Assembly (NCBI RefSeq): GCF_001194135.2
Contig: NC_068982.1
Span: 152,510,512-152,564,893, forward strand
Length of the DNA: 54,382 nucleotides
Source: Octopus bimaculoides
Taxonomy: Eukaryota
Reading direction: 5' to 3'
Shown here piece by piece: positions 45,201 to 54,382 of this stretch. Position numbers and translations under genes: made by a program. How positions within the stretch are numbered: the stretch's first letter is position 1; each line of letters opens with the position of its first letter. The notes under the pieces are model-generated. The model saw only the letters and a list, made by a program, of their open reading frames with translations, searched no databases and was not told where the DNA came from.

Positions 45201-47748
45201 GGTAATATTCACATTTTCATACTTTCTCTTTCAGAATTTTATATGTTTCTTTGTTCTAACATTCATTATATTAATAATAATTTTATAGTTTTCCTTTTTC
45301 CTACTTGAATGATTGTGCATATTTCGGTAAACAACTGAGTATTGAAATTTGATAAATTCCAATTGCAACTGTAAGAACACTCATTCTCTTGCCCGTCGTC
45401 TAGAATCGCCCCAACAAATTTATTTCAATAATTTTTTTCCTTTATTTAGACAAATTTTCTACTAAAATTTCAATAAACAGATTAATGTATTTTTACTCCT
45501 ATTTGCTTGTATAAGTATTGGACGACACGACATGCAAAGGATGGAAAATTGCACTATTCAAGATTCAAAAAGATTAATAAGTATTTCATTTTTAAGATCA
45601 TCTGAAATACAAATTGATTCTTTTTCGGATAAGTGAACCTTTATATTCGTCATATGTATTATCTCGGATGTGATCCTTTATAGAAGAATAATATTGTAAT
45701 ATCACAAGTATAGATATTAATTCTGGGTTCATAATCATTAACCGTGGAATATTCTGGGTTAATAATTAAAATGATTTTGTTTTATTTTTTATTGTTTTCA
45801 CAGCATTGTTTATCTTAAAAACTGTCCAACATAAGTATCATATCCTTATTCTCATCGTTGAGGGATCGAATCGTCAATGGTTTGTCCATAAACGCTGAAA
45901 TATAAGTGTTATAGAAGTACTAGTCATGTAACAGTATTGCTGATATATGATGAAAAATTTCTTTCTGTCACGTGAATTTATTGGATAGATCTTATCATAG
46001 TGCTAGCGTGGGATACTTTGGGAATCTGGGCAACCAATGATCAATCAGTCCCTAATAGTGTGAGATCCTCAAAAGTCGTCAGCTACAACTCTCTCCACCG
46101 TATGTCTGAATTTTAACATTTTTGTTAGAGATTTCTGAGATTGTACTATATAGATATATATCTCATAATAAGGAGGCAAGTAAAACCAAATAGTTGCAAA
46201 TATCAATAAATATAGCCACAAAATAGTCCGTTGAGATTTAAACTGTAGCATTCATTCTCCGATATTGTATTGGACATATTTCAGAAATGCAGTACATAAC
46301 AGAAATGGAAAGAACAGAAAAATAAAGGGAATATTTACTTCTTTTAGTTTCAATTTCTAGTTAAAATTCTTCTTGTAGTATCATTGTGCGCAATAACATA
46401 CTTCTAACCGTATTCAGAATTGTATCGTCTGTATCATAAAAACGTCAATGTTTTATTTCACAATTTCTGAACATTTGAATGTTTACAGACAAATTTTTTC
46501 TCAGTCGAAACTAGTGCAACAATACTAAAACCAATAAAAGACTGCAATAACTCTCTTTAGAAATAAAATTATTTCCAAAAGTAGAATACAAATCTAAAAT
46601 AAATAAGTATCATTCTTGATTATATTAATACCTAAAATTCCTCTGTTTAACACCACCACGTGGTTCTTGAGTACATCTTGAAGAGTTTTCTCTTTTGCAG
46701 TCATTCGAAGCAGAACCTCAGTTATTCGCAAATAGTTAAAAAATTTTTTTTTTTTTTTTTATAATCGGATATTTCTGCTGGAAACGGTCATATTAAACTG
46801 ATCACTCTGTATGGGTCCGCAAAAGCCATTAACATTGCTTCTTCTCATTGACTATATTGTTACAATGGATTTCATGTCAACATACAAAAGTTTGCAGACA
46901 GATTAATATGCATATAAGCACATAAATTGACAAAATATTTCGTTAGAATATTTTCGTGTATTAAGTGATTGTATACATAAACAAATTATATTCCTTGCCA
47001 GTTATAAAAGAGTATAATATTTAACAAGGAATTTTAGATGTAGAAAAACATTGTGGTACTACATTTGGGAGCAATTTAGCTCGAATACTCCAAGTAAACC
47101 ATGTTTCTATTGATAGGACGAGGCTAGTAATTATTACGTGATTTATTTTGTATTCCAAATTAAACAAAGTAATGTTTCTGTGTAAAGAAATAAGTTTAGT
47201 GTTTAAAACATAGATTTAGGCGCAGGAGTGGCTATGTGGTAAGTATCTACGAGATATATACCCCCAGAACCCCACCCACACGTTTACATATAATCATAAG
47301 CATGTTCACAAAACTCATCGCATACACCGATACACACCGGTATGCACACCCATACGTACACACATAAACACATGCTTACACAGTGATACACATGCACTCA
47401 TACACACACATCAACCTCTAGACGCCATATCCTGCTACTGCTACTCTCTGCTGCTACTAACCTCTTAGATCCATTCTTAAAAACACACACTCACATAAAA
47501 ACAGACACGCACACATATATTACCATCCCCACGCAGCACTCCCTAATATACAAACACGATACTCGCAACACGCACACGTACACACATGCATGAAAAAACA
47601 TATATACACATATACATTCCACACACACACGCACGTCAAAGACTTTCCGTATTCCCGAGCGTCATACTAATATATACTTTTGTTATTTACACCACCTGTC
47701 CTCGTCTGTTGTTATTTTTTGTATATTCTCCCACATATATATATATGA

Positions 47749-48022
47749 CAGGTTTCTTTCAGTTTCCGTCTACCAAATCCACTATCAAGACTCTAGCCGG
47801 TTCGAGGCTATAGTAGAAGACACTTGCCCAAGGTGCCACGCAGTGGTTAGTAATACACACGATGGGCTTTCAAATAACAAATTCACGCACAAGACATTTG
47901 TCGATCTATTGGGGGGGGGGGTACTTGCTATAATAGATGGTACTTGTTCAAGGTGTAACACAGTGGGGATTAAACCCGAAGGTTACAAAGCGAGCTTCTT
48001 AGCCAAACAGGCAAGCATGCGC
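47749..48022 (-). mobile_element. Two adjacent family A SINE heads (47749-47846 and an older copy at 47863-48022); an opposite-orientation head stub lies at 47219-47246(+)
   Basis: TTTCAGTTTCCGTCTACCAAATCCAC...TATAGTAGAAGACACTTGCCCAAGGTGCCA is nearly identical to 19799-19878. Confidence 0.75.
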
Positions 48023-48701
48023 CAATAAAAGAATTATAGAAGAACTTTATGAAGAAAAACGTTTAAAGATTGTGAGTATAGTAAAAATTGTGATTATATG
48101 TGGGAACATCTTTGAGCGTAAAATGTTTGAGTAATTTAACAAAGTAAAACGTTGTCGGGAACAACGTTTTGAAGCATTACATACGGCTGGAAGTGTTTAG
48201 AGATAGACACAATCGTTTGCAGAAATATATGTGAAACATGCTCTACTGCAATTTATCGACACTTCTGTAGCTTCAAAAGTGTCCTTTATTATATTATTAT
48301 TTTACTTAAAATAATTCTATTTTTGATGTAGCTAGCTTTGAAAAATAATCCCACACCGCTTCCCCAAATCACAAGCACGAAAATAAATGAAATAGGTTTA
48401 TATACACAACAATATAGACTTTTATAGTAGAGTATTTTTTTTCAATCAAAATATAAGCTATTGAAATAATAGATTATTTATATAAAACAAAACAGTGAAG
48501 CAATGGGGTTTGTGTCATGATTGAAGTGCACTACACAAAAGCTTGGTGATTCATTTTGTTGACATAGATTAATTAAAAAAAAATTGCATCGGATTACATT
48601 TTTTTTTTTATTTCTTGATAAATTTTGAAGCACAATAATATATATGTGTGTGTGAGTGCGTGTAGTATACATGTATATATGTATTATGTATATATACATA
48701 A

Positions 48702-48705
<4 letters not shown>

Positions 48706-48783
<78 letters not shown>
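48706..48783. repeat. (TA)n microsatellite
   Basis: Read directly from the sequence. Confidence 0.95.
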
Positions 48784-48790
<7 letters not shown>

Positions 48791-50364
48791 TATCATAATA
48801 TTTCCGTGCAAATATTATTTCAGTAAACATAAAGGCACTGAAAAATAGAAGAAACAATAGCAATCTGACAATATCACTAATTTTTTTTTGTATAAATCTA
48901 TTCCCATTATGTTTTATCATCTCTCTATCTCGCTCTCAACTCTTGTGTCTTTGTTTTACTATATAACTCCTGCTTTCCTTTGTATCACCTTTTAATTCTT
49001 CTTTATATTAAATCTCATCATTTCTTCAAGTTTCTTTAAAGCCAGCTGTTTGAAAACTTCTAAACTATCAGTTTTGTGCTTAGCTACAATTTCTTTTTTT
49101 TTTGTTTCTTCTCCCCTCTTTTTTTAACTGTCTTGATTTTATCATTTCATCTTTAATTTTCAGTTTTACTTCAAACTTTAAATCCCATTTTATATAAATA
49201 ACTGATTATACATACACATATAAAGAAAGGGAATTCGAAAGTGAGAGAGAGGGGGTGTAAGGAGAGAAAATTAATATGAGAGAAAGAAGTAGAGAAAAGG
49301 GAAAAGAAAAAGAGAAAGAGAAAAGAGAGCAGGATGAAGAAACAAGAAAAGGAGGAGAAATTATAGAAGAAAAGACAAGATAGAAAGTTCGAATAAAAGA
49401 AAAAAAAAAGGAGATGGGACTTAGCAGGAATAGACATTGATAAATTGTAGACGGAGATTCGAAAGAGGTAAAGCAAACAAAACAAAAAACAAAAAATAAA
49501 TAACTAACGAAATAGAAATATATTCTGCTTGATTCCTCATAAAACTCTATTATCTTCGCTGTATCGTTCCAATTTTAGTTTGTCGATCATGTGTAAATAA
49601 TTCATCTATAAATTATGCAGCCGACTTATCATTATTAATTGTTTATTCGATTCCGATGTTTACGAATCTTCTTCTCTTTGTGATCATTATTTAAGTTATA
49701 TTTTAATATATGTTGTGAAGAGACAACCAATAGAATAACATTTACACTGGAGACCCCTGCCTGTCGCTTCAGCATCAGTTTCTCTTTACTGGCAGTCGGA
49801 TGTTTAATTATTTGTAAAACATACAGATATATTCCACTACACTGCACTGTCCTTTTAGCTTAACGTTTCACTATACTGGGTTCAGTGTCTACGTGGTCAA
49901 CTAGCCTGCTAGAAATAACAACCAAATTTCGTTAACAAAATAACAAAAAGACACATTGAATAATATTGTCATATATACAATGTCAGAATAAAAGACAAGA
50001 TGGTCAGATCAGCGATACATTTGGACGTAGATCTGTCTAAATAGGGCTGACCCAGGATTAAACAAAACAAGTACCACATAAGTTTAATCTTCAAATGGTT
50101 ACTCATTCTGCGAGAAGACAACAGATATAACTCCATCAAATCACACGTTACGCTCTTTAAAAATGAAGGGCATAGTGTTCATAATGTTTGGAATACACGT
50201 CAAAATAGTCACCGCTATAACTACTGACCATCTACAATTGTTAGAAAATTTCCTAGGACAATTCAAAAAGCATTTTTATTTGTTAATAAACCTGAATCCA
50301 GAGCTATATCTATTGGTTTCATAATATATATGTATATATGTTCAACAAAGATATATTTAGTCTG

Positions 50365-50520
50365 AGGCGGTGAATTGATAGAGAGGTTAGTTTTAGTAAT
50401 GGAGTAGAATCTCTTGCTTTGTGTCCCGGGTCTCTGCGACCTGAGCAGAAATCGCGACGAGGTCAACCTTACTTTCCATCCTGTCAGTAAATATAGTACT
50501 AAATATTGGAGTCAATACTT
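50365..50520 (+). mobile_element. Old, diverged family B SINE
   Basis: GAGGCGGTGAATTG head and GAGGTCAACCTTACTTTCCATCC core. Confidence 0.5.
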
Positions 50521-51183
50521 CCCTTTTTCTTGCACTTATCCGCTGTTGTTACGCCTGGAGAAGGATGGTGTTCAGTGCATGACACAATGGCAGCCCTAAA
50601 AAGCCATCAGTAGTTGAGGGCTCAAAGGTTGAAAAGACTAATTTAGTTTAACTGAGAAAGAAAATGCTATTGTCAAATCACAGGCTTTCGACAGCCTACA
50701 ATAAGGATCAAACCTACTACTTTCGTTTTTCGTTAAAGGCTAACAAAGGACTGCCCTCAAGCTACCGAAATGAAGATACTTAGAGCTACTTCATAGAAAA
50801 TCTTAAGAATATGAATTGCACAATTTAGAATATTGGTACAAGGTTGATGTGTTATTAAACTAAAATATAAATATGTATACAGAGTCACATCTGTGTGTTT
50901 CATAAGCCTATATATTGTATTTATTAGTCATGAGACTGGACTAGAGAAAAAAAAAATCGAGCAGCCTAGACATATTTAGAAATATATCTCTTGATACCTA
51001 TTTCCCACTTTTCTGAACGAAATCTATTAGTTTCTTTTACCCTTCTTTCTTATGTTATATTATTCTCCCATCCTTTATCATACAAATTTGTTTGACTTGT
51101 AAGAACAGATCATTCAGCTGTATCACAGCCTTCTATAGTCTAGAATATGAATAAGGTAGATAATATTTTGAATGTGGCGTAGA

Positions 51184-51251
51184 TGCTTACATGGTTAAAT
51201 GTGAAACACAAATATGTTTGCTTACATGGTTAAATGTGAAACACAAATATG
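51184..51251. repeat. Perfect 33-bp tandem duplication (period 35)
   Basis: TGCTTACATGGTTAAATGTGAAACACAAATATG at 51184-51216 and 51219-51251. Confidence 0.9.
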
Positions 51252-51550
51252 ATTTCGTCTGAGCTGATATTCAGCCAGCAAATTCAGAAAAGTAGATTAA
51301 AATGTAGTTTAGAGAGAAGGGTAAATATAGTATCCGGCAGTGATCTGAATGCTAAAGTGAGTGAAGGGTAATCTATTAAATAATCTTTCAAACTTAAGGT
51401 AATTAGATCTTGTCTTGGAAGTACCCAGAGTATGTGAATGTAATGAATGAACCAGTTGTTCAGCAGTGCATAAAATTATAGCCGTCAAAGTTGAAGTTAT
51501 TTCAGGCTCAAATAAAACTACTTAATCTTTATATAAAGGAATGTTAATAT

Positions 51551-51762
51551 ATTCTTATCTACACAAGGCACGAAAGTTTGGTGGAGGGGCGACAGCCGAT
51601 TAGATCGACCCCAGTACACATCTAATACACAATTTATCGACCCCAAAAGATTAAAGACAAAGTCGACCTCGGTGGAATTTGAACTCAGAACGTAAAGGCA
51701 GAGGAAATACCACTACGCATTTCTCCCGGCGTGCTAACGTTTCTCCCAGGTCGCCGCCCTGA
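51551..51762 (-). mobile_element. Family B SINE with an 11-bp TSD
   Basis: Core AAAGTCGACCTCGGTGGAATTTGAACTCAGAACGTAAAG; AATGTTAATAT at 51540-51550 and 51763-51773. Confidence 0.85.
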
Positions 51763-52899
51763 AATGTTAATATTTTGTAAAGTCTAGTACTTGTTGAAAG
51801 TGTGACTATTTAGATGCGGGTTAGACAAGTAAATCATCTGGGTATAAGAAGTATAAGAAGTATAAGAAGCTAGATTTCTGGTGAGTCACTCTCAGTAAAA
51901 ATTAAACAGTATTATTCAACAAACTCTCCTTTTATATAACATCGAAAAATTCTTATTTTCTTTTATAGAATTCTACATTTTCAACTATCATAAATTATTC
52001 CTACCCAAATTTGTAAACCGCAGCTATTCGAGACCAAAAGGTCGAATAATGTTAAAAATCTTACCCGAAGTAAAAAGCAATACAAAGCTATTCGTATAAT
52101 GGTCCATTCATCGCATCCGTAAAACAGTCTCATATAAAGTAGTTGTATCGAATTTCCATTGTACTTCAAACATAATATACTTCCCAAGTATCCAAAAACA
52201 GCATCAAGGGAATAGTCCTAGTACCATTTAAAAAAATACGGTTTTGCTTTCTCAGTCGTTATACTTTTAAAGTAATCGCAACTTTATGAAATGCTTTATG
52301 AAATACCATACATATGTTTAAAAAAAGATTGATTCACAGAATTGGTAGTAGCGACCAAATACCCTTCAGTATTTAGATGCATTCCTTTATGTTTTGAGTT
52401 TGCATCTCACTAAGTGCAACTTTGTGATCATTCTACGATCAATAAAATATCAGTCAAGTTCTCATCTCTACACCTTTGAGATTTCTAGACTTCTGCCAAT
52501 GTTTAAATGACAATGTTATAGCTGAATGAAAATAAATATTTTTATAAAAGTAAATCTAGCTAAGACTTCGCAAGGGATCAGAAATGTATAATTCGGCAGG
52601 AAACTTTCAACATGTATGATGCAGCTGGACAACTTTTGATTTGCTGATGATAGTTTGCAGACACTTCGTCGGTGGGAAGAAAACCTCCCATATAGTTAGA
52701 AATTTTTACCAGGTATGGAAGGAAGTGTTTTTCCCCATACTTCTGCACCACTCCAAATCACTTGGTTGTAAATACCTTTCGAGTATACACTTCGAGGTTT
52801 TATTGTCACTGACTTTTATGTGTAGATGCCAATAAACATGATTCACAGGATGATTTTGGTAATTTGCTTGGGTGCATCTCATTGATCAGAAGTGAAGGA

Positions 52900-53110
52900 C
52901 ATTTACTATTAGGAGTAACCGGCATAGAACAAGTAAATTATTCCGAGATGAAAAAGCTGTACAGTAGGATGTTAAGATGTTGGTGTACTAGTGAAGAATA
53001 CTAGGAGTGGATTGTAACATATGCACACTTCTGACGCGGGCGTACGCCCAACTATTACAGAAAATGCAAGATCCAGAAGCTGGTGTGTGCAGTCAAGTTC
53101 AGAAGTACGA
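52900..53110 (+). mobile_element. Decayed RTE-like LINE C-terminal fragment
   Basis: LYSRMLR, RILGVD and PTITENARSR resemble YTRMLR...LNVSW...PPITETIRxRRLR. Confidence 0.4.
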
Positions 53111-54337
53111 CATATATGTATATATATATATATATNNNNNNNNNNNNNNNNNNNNNNNNNNNNNNNNNNNNNNNNNNNNNNNNNNNNNNNNNNNNNNNNN
53201 NNNNNNNNNNNNNNNNNNNNNNNNNNNNNNNNNNNNNNNNNNNNNNNNNNNNNNNNNNNNNNNNNNNNNNNNNNNNNNNNNNNNNNNNNNNNNNNNNNNN
53301 NNNNNNNNNNNNNNNNNNNNNNNNNNNNNNNNNNNNNNNNNNNNNNNNNNNNNNNNNNNNNNNNNNNNNNNNNNNNNNNNNNNNNNNNNNNNNNNNNATA
53401 TATATGTATACATATTATACATAAAGTGAGATAGACAAACGGTGAATGGGTGAACTTTGGGGACAGCAGTAGAGACCCCACAGGAATGTCGCGAATTATG
53501 AAACAGAGGCTTTGATCCAGAATAAATAGAAATCAATGCTGCAGAAATGGAATTGAGAAACATGGTATGTGGCGATAATATATTTTGCGTATATTAAGAC
53601 ACTACTTTCCTTTCTAAGAGTAATCTAGACTAGACGAAAAATTTAAGTTTAAAGACAGAAGATGATGTATCTTTGTCATAGAGAAACGTTATGTGTTAGT
53701 CTTCTTGGTTTGTTTAATTTATTTCAGTTTTTGTCTGGTTCAAATCAGGATATTATCAAATAGGAGAGAGAAAATTGTGTGCGTAAGGAGGTAATTGCTA
53801 GACATGTTCAGCATCATAACCACATTTTGTTTTGTTAAATGACACAGATATTAAACGGCACTAGATATTCATAGATCAATCAGTATTGCTTCTCAAGTCC
53901 TAATAAGTTACCTCCATGTCACTGAAGCTATAACTTTCGTGGAAAGGTCCCAAACTAGGTAAGATTATAGTCAATTATATGGAGTTCACATTTGAACTCA
54001 GTAGCTAGATTTGAACAAGGAATATAATATGACTAAACTTATTTACACGATGTTGAACCGAATAGGCTGGTTATCGATTAACATTCTCCTTTTACCTACA
54101 ACATAATCTACTTTTTAATGCACCATGAATTATATATGCACAATGTATTAGATAAGCTGACACTAACTTCCTGTTTATCAAAGGTATGTCATCTAAGAAA
54201 TGTTGAATGATATTAAAATTACTTACTGGCATTAATATTTTAATACTAATGACAGTTACTTTGTACAGACATATGTGTATGTTTGTGCGAATCCCCGTGC
54301 CTCTCTCTTTTTTTCTTTGTCTGTCTGTCTCTGTGTT

Positions 54338-54382
<45 letters not shown>

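Noticed and set aside
46069-46251. Signal-peptide-like ORF MLQFKSQRTILWLYLLIFATIWFY (minus strand)
   Set aside because: No good donor in a compatible phase and no W..WW.Y.G motif; AT-rich DNA often gives hydrophobic ORFs.
50610-50765. Short imperfect inverted repeat (GTAGTTGAGGGC / GCCCTCAAGCTAC) around about 130 bp
   Set aside because: Only about 12 bp with an indel and no TSD; may be chance.
52065-52133. Candidate CARP first exon MRLFYGCDEWTIIRIALYCFLLR with a GTAAGA donor (minus strand)
   Set aside because: The donor is phase 0 while exon A needs phase 1; the hydrophobic stretch is short for a signal peptide; no convincing bridging exon was found.

Overview
Eukaryotic animal genomic DNA from a gapped draft assembly (7 N-gaps), AT-rich and dense in microsatellites. 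The SINE families look like those of Octopus; this assignment is from recall and was not searched. The only host gene I can support is on the minus strand: five internal coding exons (36002-35866, 30942-30751, 17219-17124, 11550-11484, 3236-3082) of an alpha-carbonic anhydrase-related protein of the CA10/CA11 (CARP X/XI) type. All five have canonical AG/GT boundaries and matching phases, and they splice into 215 complete codons with no stop. The zinc triad reads Lys94/His96/His119 (CA II numbering) with Arg64, so the protein is probably acatalytic. The N-terminal and C-terminal exons were not found; they lie outside the window or in gaps. The introns hold decayed retroelements (R4/Dong-like RLE LINEs, RTE, CR1, L1/Tx1), a mariner remnant, several SINE families, foldback/MITE-like elements and many simple repeats. 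Nearly all ORFs in the supplied track are microsatellite or N-gap artefacts.
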